Shown here: piece by piece, positions 9,372 through 18,685 of the stretch
How positions within the stretch are numbered: the stretch's first letter is position 1
Layout: each line of letters starts with the position of its first letter
DNA from: an uncultured Chloroflexia bacterium
GTDB taxonomy: Bacteria > Chloroflexota > Limnocylindria > Limnocylindrales > CSP1-4
Length of the DNA stretch: 64,000 nt
Direction: 5' to 3'
NCBI GenBank assembly: GCA_963789905.1
Contig: CAWBMK010000001.1
Coordinates: 1,218,769 to 1,282,768, forward strand
Notes under the pieces: model-generated
Seen by the model: only the letters and a program-made list of their open reading frames with translations
What the model was told of the DNA's origin: nothing
The model's database searches: none
Position numbers and translations under genes: made by a program

Positions 9372-10967
9372 CTACGGAGCTGCGGCCCTGTGCCTGTCCG
9401 CGGAGGGCAACAGGTGGCTTATCACGTCGTCGACCGCGTAGTGCTTCTGCTGGACGGACTCGACTCCCCATGCGAACAAGAAGGACGGCGCGCCCACACT
9501 GCACGAGTACCTCCTGGGCCAGGAGTCGATGCGAAACAGTGTCCCGAAGAGGAAGACGCCCTTCCTGCGGAGCAGGATGTTTGCGAGGTACATGTAGTAG
9601 GGGATCACCCGAAGGCGGGTGATGGACAATCGCCGGCGACGTTTGGCCAGCTGGTAGTAGGCGGCAAACCTCTCGAAACTTGGCGGAGGCATGATCCGCC
9701 TGAGTACCGACAGGTTCCCGAACCGCAAGTTGCTGCCAACCCCCCCACCCTTGCTGGACCCAAACATGTCTCTGGGTACCCCGTGTTCCTCCAGGATGCG
9801 CCGGGGGATCGGCCGGTCGTAGTCGGCTCGGATTGACCAGGGAGTCATCTCCGGTGACTTCGAGATGGCGCATGTGTCGGCCTGCCGCATCACGCCAAGG
9901 AAAGGCACGGAGAAGTTGAGGAACCCGGTGATCAGCCGGAAGTCCTTCTTGGCGGTCTCCGGAAATTCCTCGCGAACGATCTCGTCACTGATGCGCTTGG
10001 GCGTGCCCCACACGCCGTCCCCGTAGGTGCCGCTGAACATCAGCCGGCCCTTGAGCTCTTCCTCGGCGCCGGCATAGAAGACCGAAGTGCCCAGCTCGCC
10101 ACTCGATACAAAGAGGTCGGCCGTATCGTGGGTCAGGTAGTCCAGCTCCTTCTTCTGGATGACGTTCGAATAGCCCAACGCCTTCGCAATGTCATGGCCG
10201 TTATCGCTGCGTACGGACTTCTTGGTTTCGAACGTGACGGCGTCACGGCAGCCGGCGTCATAGGCAAGAGCCGCACAGGCGGGGGAGTCGTACCCCTTTG
10301 AAAGAAACGCGATGGGCTCGAAGGCATGGACTCTGGCTGGATCCGTGGCGTTCTCCACGACACCGCGGACCTCTCGTTGAAGGAAGCCGAAGTAGTCGTC
10401 GAAGGACGTGAATTGTTGCGGTATGGGTTTGCCGGCCTCGGTCAGGTCACCCTGCGGAGAGACATGGACGTTGCAGTAGTAGTGGAGGCGGAGCCGATGC
10501 TCCCCTTCCAGCGGCAATTCGCGCGTGTACTGCCTCAGGCCATCCAGGATTGAGAGGACGTCGTTCTCGTAATCGACGTAGTTGAGATCCAGATGCTCAT
10601 CCGCTGCCCGAAGGATGAACGGCACGGAGTTCGAGAAATAGACGAGACCACCTTTGCGTATGGAGTACACGCACTCCTGCGTGTTGCAGGGAGCTACCAC
10701 GATCAGCTGACCGTCGCGCAGCACGGCGCCGCTTCCGATGAACGAGTACGACTGCTCGATCCCTCCCTGCCCGAAGGGTCCCGCCCAGGCACCCTCGCAG
10801 AAGAAGTCATCGCGGCAGTCAACCCATGATCCGGCCACGACAACTAGTTGGCCCGTGTCGACCTCATACCGAAGGCACCAAGCGAGTTTGGGTAGCCGAT
10901 CGCTCCGAAGGTAAGTGAAGCCCGGTATCTGAGCGGTAGCAGGAGGCGGCTCTCCTCCGGTCCTCAC
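9372..10967 (-). CDS. asparagine-synthetase-like (PP-loop ATP pyrophosphatase superfamily) protein without N-terminal Cys nucleophile
   Basis: ORF 9372..10967, GTG start overlapping the upstream stop (GTGA). Segment HAFEPIAFLSKGYDSPACAALAYDAGCRDAVTFE parallels the AsnB/lasso-cyclase PP-loop (LSGGxDSS...). No MCG start, so no glutaminase active site. Confidence 0.55.
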   Translation of the reverse strand: MRTGGEPPPATAQIPGFTYLRSDRLPKLAWCLRYEVDTGQLVVVAGSWVDCRDDFFCEGAWAGPFGQGGIEQSYSFIGSGAVLRDGQLIVVAPCNTQECVYSIRKGGLVYFSNSVPFILRAADEHLDLNYVDYENDVLSILDGLRQYTRELPLEGEHRLRLHYYCNVHVSPQGDLTEAGKPIPQQFTSFDDYFGFLQREVRGVVENATDPARVHAFEPIAFLSKGYDSPACAALAYDAGCRDAVTFETKKSVRSDNGHDIAKALGYSNVIQKKELDYLTHDTADLFVSSGELGTSVFYAGAEEELKGRLMFSGTYGDGVWGTPKRISDEIVREEFPETAKKDFRLITGFLNFSVPFLGVMRQADTCAISKSPEMTPWSIRADYDRPIPRRILEEHGVPRDMFGSSKGGGVGSNLRFGNLSVLRRIMPPPSFERFAAYYQLAKRRRRLSITRLRVIPYYMYLANILLRRKGVFLFGTLFRIDSWPRRYSCSVGAPSFLFAWGVESVQQKHYAVDDVISHLLPSADRHRAAAP

Positions 10968-11770
10968 GGCGCACCATCAAGAGGCCGGGAAGAGGGGCCG
11001 ACGGGGTAGGAGCGTGCGATCTCCGCCATCGACGCGTACGCCTTCAGGCTCTCCACAGCCTTGTCCAGCCGGTCCGGGAGTGGGATCGGCGGCCACGATT
11101 GGGGGCGAAGCCGAGCGATGAGAGACCCTTTCCAGCCGTGCTCGAGGCGAAGTTGGCAGTAGATCTTCCGATATCCCATCCTCTCTCGGAACTCCTGACG
11201 ATTCGTTTGATGCAGGAGCACACGAGTGCCGCCGCTGTGGTATCTCATCCCCCGCTCGAGCAGGTAGTGCCGCGTCACCTCGTAAACGAGGGCGTTGTTG
11301 GGGTGGTACTTGTGATACGTCGGGTCGGACTTCGAGGACGACGAGAGCGAAGCGTCCCCGACGACGAGGCAGCTCTCCCAGGCGACCAGCGTTCCGCCGA
11401 CGAAAGCCCCCCACGTCTCACGGCCTGGATAGCGAGCGTGCTCCGTGAACTCCCGGACAAATCCGTCCTCCGAAAGGGGCGGCGGTGTCCCGTAGTGGCG
11501 GAATGCGGCCAGGTACACCGCATAGCCGTTGCTGGCGAACCAAAGCGGGTCCACCATCCTGACTTCGCATAGCGAAAGGCCCTTCCGAACCTCGTGGCGC
11601 GGACCCTTCCTGAGACGGCCGAGGCCGTACTCGCGATCGTCACAGCAGACGTACCACCATCCGCTCGGGGGTGTATCCCAGCCCTCTGTCCACTGGGCGA
11701 ACGCCGCTCCGGTTCGCTCCAGAGCCCGACGAACTTCATCCCTGTCCACAGGCTTCCATCGGTGCGGCAT
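10964..11770 (-). CDS. FemABX-like GNAT-fold protein, distant member of the paralog family
   Basis: ORF 10964..11974 (GTG at 11974). Alignment with the family begins at internal MPHRWKPVDRDEVRRALERTGAAFAQW (11770), cf. MSRYDYPDVS..LTEEQLAAQRARNGE. C-terminal GAFVGGTLVAWESCLVVGDASLSS...YHKYHP fits the Fem/Acetyltransf_6 pattern. The 5' 200 nt may be an N-terminal extension or non-coding. Confidence 0.5.
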   Translation of the reverse strand: MPHRWKPVDRDEVRRALERTGAAFAQWTEGWDTPPSGWWYVCCDDREYGLGRLRKGPRHEVRKGLSLCEVRMVDPLWFASNGYAVYLAAFRHYGTPPPLSEDGFVREFTEHARYPGRETWGAFVGGTLVAWESCLVVGDASLSSSSKSDPTYHKYHPNNALVYEVTRHYLLERGMRYHSGGTRVLLHQTNRQEFRERMGYRKIYCQLRLEHGWKGSLIARLRPQSWPPIPLPDRLDKAVESLKAYASMAEIARSYPVGPSSRPLDGAP

Positions 11771-12087
11771 AGCTAGTGGTCGCAGGCCCGGCCCATGCCG
11801 CTGCCATGCCGTGTCCCCGATCCAGACAACGTTCGATGTGCTGGAGACGTGCTCGACGAATGACGTCGGATCTGCCACCGCGAGCCTCCACACACGTTCG
11901 AGTGCTGGATGGGACGCCTGGGGTCGCTGGATCGCAAACGGCTCGCACCGGACTCCGATCGAACGCCCGAACACCCCGCGAAGCGCGCACCATCCTACCG
12001 CGCCTGGACTCCCATCTCGGGGCCGGCGGAAGAAGCTTCAGGCCCGGCGAAGGATCGAGTGTTACGCTCCGATTGAGCGTAGATTGC

Positions 12088-12125
12088 GCGCCCGTAGCTC
12101 AGTGGACAGAGCATCTGACTTCGGA
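12088..12125 (+). other. 38-nt duplicate of the 5' half (acceptor to anticodon loop) of tRNA-Arg(TCG)
   Basis: gcgcccgtagctcagTggacagagcatctgacttcgga matches positions 1-38 of the intact tRNA at 16508 with one mismatch. Sequence then diverges (gtcttccgagg...). It is translated inside ORFs 11529..12140 and 11776..13611 as ...RARSSVDRASDFG.... Confidence 0.7.
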
Positions 12126-12240
12126 GTCTTCCGAGGCTAGCGGTGTGCTTGTCCGAGCGGCTACGCGAGCGAGAGCTGGCGAGTTATCTGCTGTGCGACG
12201 TGTTGAGGTCGCCACTCGCACCGGGCCGCAGGATCGTGGG

Positions 12241-13611
12241 ATGTTGCACGGCGACGCTATCTGGGGTGCGTACCCTAGTCTGGTGGAGGAGTCGAGGCAG
12301 CCTGAACCGGTAGTCGGTCGACCCGAACCTTCAGGCGGATTCATCCTCGGTCGTGAGCCGGTGGCAGCGCCCAGGCGGGATCTTCCAGCTTCGATCCGGC
12401 GACCGCTAGAGCGCCTAGCGCTCATCGGTGTGGCTCCAGATGACTCGGACGATGTCCGTGTCCAGAAGGTCACACTGACGCTTTCGGCCGTGACCGTGAC
12501 AGTGCTGGCCGTTGCCTGGGTTGGTACCTATCTTGCGCTCGGGCTGCCGCTATCCGCTGCGATCCCGTTCACCTATCAGATCGCGTCGGTCGTGACGCTC
12601 GTCGCATTCGCGCGATCGAAGGACTACCGGTTCTTCCGATTCAGCCAGATCGTCCTCATCTTCATCCTTCCGTTCCTCCTGCAGTGGAGCCTGGGCGGCT
12701 ACGTCACCTCGAGCGCTGTCAGCCTGTGGGCGCTGGTCGGTGTCTTCGGTGCGCTCTTCTTCTACAACGCCCGAGAGGCTGTGCCGTGGTTCGCCGTGTT
12801 CGTGGTGCTGACGGTCTTCTCCGGGTTGATCGATCCGAGGCTGGCTGCCTCTGCGCCCACGATCCCGATGGGCGTCCAGGTGTCGTTCTTCGTCCTGAAC
12901 ATCCTGGGGGTCTCGGTGACCGCCTATCTCCTGCTTCAGTACTCGGTCCGAGCCCGTGACACCGCCCTAGCCCAGTCGGACGGGCTGCTTCTCAACGTCC
13001 TTCCGCGCTCGATCGCCGAGCGCCTGAAGCGTGAGCCGGGGATCATCGCCGAACGCTACGACGATGTAAGCGTGCTGTTCGCCGACGTCGCCGACTTCAC
13101 ACCCTTTGCTGAGCGAACGAGCCCGGAGCAGGTCGTCGGCGTCCTCGACGAGATCTTCAGCGCATTCGACGTCCTGACCGAACGACACGGACTCGAAAAG
13201 ATCAAGACGATCGGCGACGCCTACATGGTCGCTGGAGGTTTGCCCGAACCTCGGCCCGACCACGCCGAAGCGATCGCGGCCCTCGCGATAGAGATGCACG
13301 CCGCGTTGGCCCGTGTCTGCGGGGCGCTCGGGCTCGACCTGGCCATCCGGATCGGGATCGCCACCGGGCCCGTGGTTGCCGGCGTGATCGGCCGCCGCAA
13401 GTTCATCTTCGACCTTTGGGGCGACACCGTGAACAGCGCCAGCCGGATGGAGTCGCACGGCGTCGCCGGCAGGATCCAGGTGACGGAAGCGACATATCAA
13501 CGGCTCCGCGCTCGGTACCCCTTCGAAGACCGGGGCGAGACCGAGGTTAAGGGCAAGGGTCGCGTTCGCACGTATCTCCTCATCGTGGAGGCGGCTCCGC
13601 TCACGAAGTAG
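12241..13611 (+). CDS. membrane-anchored class III adenylate/guanylate cyclase (6 TM plus CYCc domain)
   Basis: ORF 11776..13611. Start tentatively ATG 12241 (5' part of ORF covers the tRNA fragment). TM region 12470-12960, then catalytic domain VSVLFADVADFTPF...KTIGDAYMVAGGLPEP...GIATGPVVAGVIG...WGDTVNSASRMES. Confidence 0.8.
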   Translation: MLHGDAIWGAYPSLVEESRQPEPVVGRPEPSGGFILGREPVAAPRRDLPASIRRPLERLALIGVAPDDSDDVRVQKVTLTLSAVTVTVLAVAWVGTYLALGLPLSAAIPFTYQIASVVTLVAFARSKDYRFFRFSQIVLIFILPFLLQWSLGGYVTSSAVSLWALVGVFGALFFYNAREAVPWFAVFVVLTVFSGLIDPRLAASAPTIPMGVQVSFFVLNILGVSVTAYLLLQYSVRARDTALAQSDGLLLNVLPRSIAERLKREPGIIAERYDDVSVLFADVADFTPFAERTSPEQVVGVLDEIFSAFDVLTERHGLEKIKTIGDAYMVAGGLPEPRPDHAEAIAALAIEMHAALARVCGALGLDLAIRIGIATGPVVAGVIGRRKFIFDLWGDTVNSASRMESHGVAGRIQVTEATYQRLRARYPFEDRGETEVKGKGRVRTYLLIVEAAPLTK

Positions 13612-13724
13612 TTAGCCTCAAGAAGCGGGTGGATCTCGGGCCGTTAGCCACTGCCGACTGTCCGGCCACTTGACGATGCGAACATCGACGACATTTCCGA
13701 CACATACTCGATGCGGGAGGGCAC

Positions 13725-14126
13725 ATGGCTGAGCAACAGCGGACCATTGGCGACCTGCTCGAGGAGGCGCGACGGCGCATCGACCGCCTGGCGCCCACCC
13801 GGGTGCAGGCGGAGGTGGAGTCCGGCGGGATCCTCATCGACATCAGGTGCCAGGAACTGCGCGATGAAACAGGGACGATCCCGGGTGCACGGCATATACC
13901 GCTGTCGGTGCTGTATTGGCGACTCGACCAGACGTCGGAAAGCAACGATCCGAGCGTCGGCGACCGCGACCGCCGCATCATCCTGATCTGTGCCCATGGC
14001 TATTCGTCGAGTCTGGCTGCGGCGACCCTTCGGGATCTCGGCTTCGCACGAGCGACCGACGTTGAAGGTGGCTTCGAAGCCTGGGCCGCTGCTGGACTGC
14101 CGGTCGCAATCGGTGCCGACCCGTGA
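13725..14126 (+). CDS. single-domain rhodanese-like sulfurtransferase
   Basis: ORF 13725..14126. ...RHIPLSVLYWRLD...RRIILICAHGYSSSLAAATLRDLGF...VEGGFEAWAAAGLPV, rhodanese fold with active-site Cys loop (CAHGYSS). Confidence 0.8.
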   Translation: MAEQQRTIGDLLEEARRRIDRLAPTRVQAEVESGGILIDIRCQELRDETGTIPGARHIPLSVLYWRLDQTSESNDPSVGDRDRRIILICAHGYSSSLAAATLRDLGFARATDVEGGFEAWAAAGLPVAIGADP

Positions 14127-14258
14127 CGAGCCCTGTCGAAGGGCCCGAGTCGCGGGACGCCATCGCGCGGAGGGGTGACGCGCGCAGCGACACCTCCTAC
14201 TTCCTTCCCGATCGAGATCAGAGATGGCTACGATCATGTCGGGCGCAAGAGGATCCGA

Positions 14259-15068
14259 ATGCCACTCTTCATGGATCGCCATGATCTGCCTGGGGTTACG
14301 GCCGAACAGGTCGCACAGGCGCATCTTGCCGACTTGGAGATGGGGGCCAAATTCGGGGTGCAGTTCCTCGCTTACTGGTTCGATGCCGATCAAGGCGAGG
14401 CATTCTGCCTAGCGAGAGCACCCAAGGGTGATTTGATGACGGCCGTGCACCGGGAGACGCACGGCCTCATCCCCAACGAGATCATCAGCGTCTCCGAGGA
14501 CAATGTCCTGCGGCTCCTCGGGAGGATGAGTGACACCGGCGGTGAAACCCGAGAGGTCAACCCGTTCCGGACGATCCTCTTCACGGATCTGCATGGTTCG
14601 ACGTCGATCCTGCAGTCGGTCGGGCAGACGGCGTTCATGGTCCTTCTCACGGAGCACGACGTGATCATTCGGCGAGCGCTCGTGGCCTCGCGCGGACGAG
14701 AGGTGAAGCACACGGGCGATGGGATCATGGCCTCGTTCGAGGATGTGGCAAGCGCGCTTGAATGCGCGATGGTCATCCAAGGCGGGTTCGAGGAGCGGGC
14801 CGCCGAGGCCCCGGTGCCGGAGCTTCGCGTGCGGATCGGGATCGCCGCCGGCGAACCAGTCGACCACAATGACGACCTATTCGGCTCGACAGTCACCCTC
14901 GCCAGGCGAATCTGTGATGCCGCCGATGCTGGGCAGATCCTCACGTCCGACCTCGTCCGCGAGTTAGGCGGCGAGCGAGGCTTTGCGTTCGATGGTGGTC
15001 GCGAACTGGTCCTAAAGGGGTTCTCAGGTCCGACTCGCGTCTTCGAACTTGCACTTCGGGGGTCCTGA
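14259..15068 (+). CDS. DUF4242-like N-terminal domain fused to class III nucleotidyl cyclase domain
   Basis: ORF 14175..15068, ATG at 14259 (MPLFMDRHDLPGVTAEQVAQAHLADLEMGAKFGVQFLAYWFD...). C-terminal RTILFTDLHGSTSI...KHTGDGIMASF...GIAAGEPV...LFGSTVTLARRI is a cyclase homology domain. Confidence 0.7.
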   Translation: MPLFMDRHDLPGVTAEQVAQAHLADLEMGAKFGVQFLAYWFDADQGEAFCLARAPKGDLMTAVHRETHGLIPNEIISVSEDNVLRLLGRMSDTGGETREVNPFRTILFTDLHGSTSILQSVGQTAFMVLLTEHDVIIRRALVASRGREVKHTGDGIMASFEDVASALECAMVIQGGFEERAAEAPVPELRVRIGIAAGEPVDHNDDLFGSTVTLARRICDAADAGQILTSDLVRELGGERGFAFDGGRELVLKGFSGPTRVFELALRGS

Positions 15069-15143
15069 GGCGCCGTTCGGCGAGGCGTTCGGACGGCCTC
15101 CGGTGATGGTTGGCCCGCGGAGCTCACGACTGCGCATCTTATC

Positions 15144-15179
15144 CATGCTGTATTAGCGACTCGCTGGACTGCCGGTCGC
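15144..15179. other. remnant of a second rhodanese gene (internally deleted, about 35 nt)
   Basis: tgctgtattagcgactcg matches rhodanese 13908-13926 (SVLYWRLD codons), immediately followed by gctggactgccggtcgc, which is identical to rhodanese 14092-14108 (AAGLPVA codons). Located in the intergenic region after the second cyclase. Confidence 0.5.
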
Positions 15180-15212
15180 CCCGGCCTAGCTATCGGCGAG
15201 CGTTGAGACTGA

Positions 15213-15833
15213 TCAAGCCGCCGCACCCACTCGAGAGAACAGCGAGTAGACGAAGGTCTGCGGAATGCCGCGCGGTGTCGTGTGCAGGTAGGGCTCGCTC
15301 CGCTCAAGATGGAAGCCGGGACCACACTGATGGGCGAGCTGACGGGCGTCGTAGCGGCGGACGGGGAGTCCGCTGCACCGCTCGGGACCATCGGGCGCGA
15401 ACGTCGCCATGATCGCGCAACCACCGGGATTGATCGTTCGCTCGGCGAGCTCCACATAGCGGCGACGAGCGCCCGGCTCGATCAGGAAGTGAAACACGGC
15501 TCGATCGTGCCATACATCAAAGCGCCCTAGGTCCTCGATGGCGGTCACGTCGCCGACTCGCCATTCGACGCGATCAGCACGATCGCCGAGTCGACCGCGT
15601 GCGACCTCGAGCCCCGCCCCAGAGATGTCGACGACCGCGACGCGATCGAGACCGAGGTCGAGCAGGTAGTCGACAAGCGACGAGGCGCCACCGCCGACAT
15701 CGATGACGCTGCGAGCCCCGGCCTCGACGGCCTCGGCGACGAAGCGAGCCGACATCAGGGGCACGGGTTCATACCAGCCCACCTCGTCGGGCGACCGCGT
15801 CCGATAGATGCGCTGCCAGTGCTCCTCTGTCAC
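15213..15833 (-). CDS. class I SAM-dependent methyltransferase
   Basis: ORF 15213..16244. Start tentatively GTG 15833 (VTEEHWQRIYRTRSPDEVGWYEPVPL..., the usual N-terminus of this family). Motif I VIDVGGGASSLVDYLLDLG and AVVDISGAGLEVAR. Upstream 400 nt of ORF is Arg/Ser-rich junk. Confidence 0.7.
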   Translation of the reverse strand: MTEEHWQRIYRTRSPDEVGWYEPVPLMSARFVAEAVEAGARSVIDVGGGASSLVDYLLDLGLDRVAVVDISGAGLEVARGRLGDRADRVEWRVGDVTAIEDLGRFDVWHDRAVFHFLIEPGARRRYVELAERTINPGGCAIMATFAPDGPERCSGLPVRRYDARQLAHQCGPGFHLERSEPYLHTTPRGIPQTFVYSLFSRVGAAA

Positions 15834-16234
15834 GGCGACAGGATAGGACCTCGTCTTCAGGCGTGGCCTGCGTCCTCGAGCCGGCGCCGTCGTGCGTCTC
15901 GAGCCGGAGCGTGCTGTGCTCGACGTCGAAGTTGCCCGCCAGGCAGCGACACAGCTCGTCGAGAACGGCCGCTGGGTCCGCGCCCGCTCGAACGACCACG
16001 CGAGCCGAGACCCATGATGTGTTCGCGGACCTCGACACTTCGTCGTTTGGACCTTTAGGCCCGAGGTCCCACTCCGACCCAGCCTCGAACGAACAGGAGG
16101 GCTCGTGTCCTCGCTGAGCCCGCCGGCACCTTTTGGTCTGCGACTCGCCTGTGGTGGACGAGCGTCCGGGGGATGCGACAAGGGCTCATACCAGATGTAA
16201 CGAGTCAATCGATGTGCTGGGCTAGAGTCTCGGC

Positions 16235-16447
16235 GTGGATCCAATCACAGCCTTTGGCGTCGCCGCATTGACTTTCATGATGCTGATGTACGCGCTGGAG
16301 GCGCGCGGGCGCGTGTTCATCCTTGCCTTCGCTCTTGGGTGCGCGCTGTCGAGCCTCTACGGCTTCCTGTCGGCAGCGTGGCCGTTTGGTGTGGTCGAGG
16401 CGGTGTGGTCAGTCATCGCCCTTCGACGGTACGCTGCGGCTGGGTAG
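16235..16447 (+). CDS. small 2-TM membrane protein (70 aa)
   Basis: ORF 16235..16447 (GTG). AFGVAALTFMMLMYALEARGRVFILAFALGCALSSLYGFLSAAWPFGVVEAVWSVIAL, hydrophobic hairpin. Immediately upstream of the tRNA. Confidence 0.45.
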   Translation: MDPITAFGVAALTFMMLMYALEARGRVFILAFALGCALSSLYGFLSAAWPFGVVEAVWSVIALRRYAAAG

Positions 16448-16507
16448 GTCGTGGAGCCAGCCGAGCGCGACGTGCGCGTAAAGGTCTGGCGCTATCATCG
16501 GCCGGCC

Positions 16508-16583
16508 GCGCCCGTAGCTCAGCGGACAGAGCATCTGACTTCGGATCAGATGGTCGGGGGTTCGAATCCCTCCGGGCGCGCCA
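16508..16583 (+). tRNA. tRNA-Arg, anticodon TCG (UCG)
   Basis: 76 nt cloverleaf: GCGCCCG TA GCTC AGCGGACA GAGC A TCTGA CTTCGGA TCAGA TGGTC GGGGG TTCGAAT CCCTC CGGGCGC G CCA. Anticodon at 16541-16543. Genomically encoded CCA. Confidence 0.85.
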
Positions 16584-16835
16584 GAACAACAAAGATCGAC
16601 GCGGCATCGGACACGATGCGCATGTGTGTGCCTGGCGCATGGCCGCCCTTAGGGCACCACCGGGTTCTTGGTCTGCACCATGCTCTTACGCGGCTAGGCC
16701 AGGATCGGTTGGTCGTTCAGCCTATCGGCTGGTTGCCCTGTCCTCGGCTGCGACACAGGCCAGCTCGGCTGTCCGTGGCGGCCGGCCCATCTCCTCGGTC
16801 AACCGGGCGGCAAGTCAGCCCTCCACTAGCTGCGT

Positions 16836-18492
16836 CTAGCCGGCGCTCGCCTGGCTCTGCGTCGGCTCTTCCATCTCGAAGGTCTCGCGCATCGGCTCCT
16901 CGTGTAGGAACAGCGCGAACGCGGCTGCGATGAGCGCTCCCACGATGCCGACCCAGAAGGTCGCGGCGAGGGCGATCGAGAAGGCGTCGTGGATGGCCTG
17001 GACGATGGCCGGAATCAGCGGTTCGACGGCGGCTCGGAACTGCTCCGGGACCGCCGCAAGGATTCGCTGGCCGAGGTCGCCAGTTCCCTCGAGATCGACG
17101 CCCTCGCCATTGCCGTTGCTCCCGGCGAACTGATTGGCAAGTTCCGGCGGGATGCCCGCCGAGATGAGCTGCGTCGGAACTTCCGTGGCCATCCGGCTGG
17201 CGAAGAGCGTCCCCGCGATCGTCAGCCCCACCGTTCCGCCGATCTGCTGGAAGAAGGTCAGGCTGCTGGTCCCCACTCCCACCCGCTCGTGCGGCACCGA
17301 GTTCTGGACGACAAGCGTGAAGACGGCGAACGAGGGTCCGATGCCCACCCCGGTGACCGCCATCCACAGCCACAACGAGACCCGTTCTGTGTCTGCCTCT
17401 AGGTGGGTGAGCATGAACAGGCCGAGAGCCAGACACAGGAGCGATCCGAAGATCAGCACCTTGTAGCGCCCGGTCCGGGCCACGATCTGTCCCGACGCGA
17501 TGGCGCTGATGATCAGGCCGCCAAGCAGCGGCAGGATGTTGTAGCCGGATTCGGTCGCGCTTGTCCCCGCGACGGTCTGGAACCAGCGAGGCAGGAAGAC
17601 CACGGCGGCGAAGAACCCGAATGCCGCCAGGAACATCGCCGCCACCGAGATCGTGAAATTGCGGATCCGGAACAGGTTGAGAGGGACGATCGGATCGAAC
17701 GCCCGCGACTCGACCCAGATGAAGACCAGCCCCAAGAAGAGTCCGACCAGGATCAGGCCTCCGACAGCCGGATCGGTCCACTCATGGCCGGTCTTGTTGG
17801 TCAAGCCGATCAGGAAGAGGGCGATGGCTGCCGTGAAGACCGCGGCGCCGAGGTAGTCGATGTGGCGCGTAGCGTCAGGGTGACGGATCGCCGGCAGCAG
17901 CCGCCAGAGGCCGAACAGCGAAACGAGGCCGACCGGCACGTTCACAAAGAAGATCCAGTGCCACGTGAAGGTGTCTGTGATCCAACCACCGATCGCCGGG
18001 CCAATGATCGACGATAGGCCGAACACAGCGCCGAAGAAGCCCAGGTACTTGCCACGCTCGGCCGGGGTGTAGAGGTCGGCGACGACGGCCAGCGCTACGG
18101 GGAAGACGGCGCCTCCGCCGAGGCCCTGGAGGCCACGGAACAGGATGAACTGCCACATTGTCTGGCTGAGGCCGGCCAGGACCGAGGCGATGATGAACAA
18201 GCTCACCGCGGTCAGCAGGATCGGCCGGCGCCCGAAGAGGTCGGACAGCTTTCCCCAGATCGGTCCGCTGATGGTCGCCGTCAGCAGGTATATCGTGATC
18301 GACCAGGTGTAGAGGTCGTTGCCGCTGAGGTCGGTGACAATCCGGGGCAGCGCGGTCCCGACAACGGTCTGATCGAGAGCGAAGAGGAACAGCGCCAGCA
18401 GGATCGCGCCGAGAATCTCGAGGCGCTGGCGGTCGGTCAGGTGAAAACTCGGCTCAGGGCCGGACAGGGTTTCGGTGGCCGGCATGGACATG
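16836..18492 (-). CDS. MFS transporter, DHA2 (14-TM drug:H+ antiporter) family
   Basis: ORF 16836..18767. Start ATG 18492 (MSMPATETLSGPEPSFHLTDRQRLEILGAILLALFLFALDQTVVGTALP...). Motifs LSDLFGRRPILL and GLGGGAVFP. Many antisense ORFs across it rejected. Confidence 0.85.
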
Positions 18493-18685
18493 GTCTTCTC
18501 CGTAGGCTCGGAAGGGACGCCGAGACCAGGGCGACGCGCCCGTCGCCACGAGTCGATGGGTGCATCGGGGCTTGCGGACCGGTTGCCCAGGGCCGATATT
18601 AACCGGAGACCGCCATTTGCGTAGGCCCGCTTCCTACGGGGATCGCGAAGCCCGACAGCCGAAGTCCGCCGGCCACAGCCTGGTG

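Noticed and set aside
7397-9836. ORFs 7397..8149 (-) and 8886..9836 (+)
   Set aside because: Antisense to Fem-like copy 2 and to the AsnB-like gene respectively. Compositionally biased (Arg/Pro/Gly-rich), no recognisable domains.
16717-18156. Multiple ORFs (16717..17781 -, 16989..17402 +, 17403..18017 + and others) inside the MFS transporter gene
   Set aside because: All are alternative frames of the 16836..18492 MFS gene. Only that frame gives a coherent 14-TM transporter.
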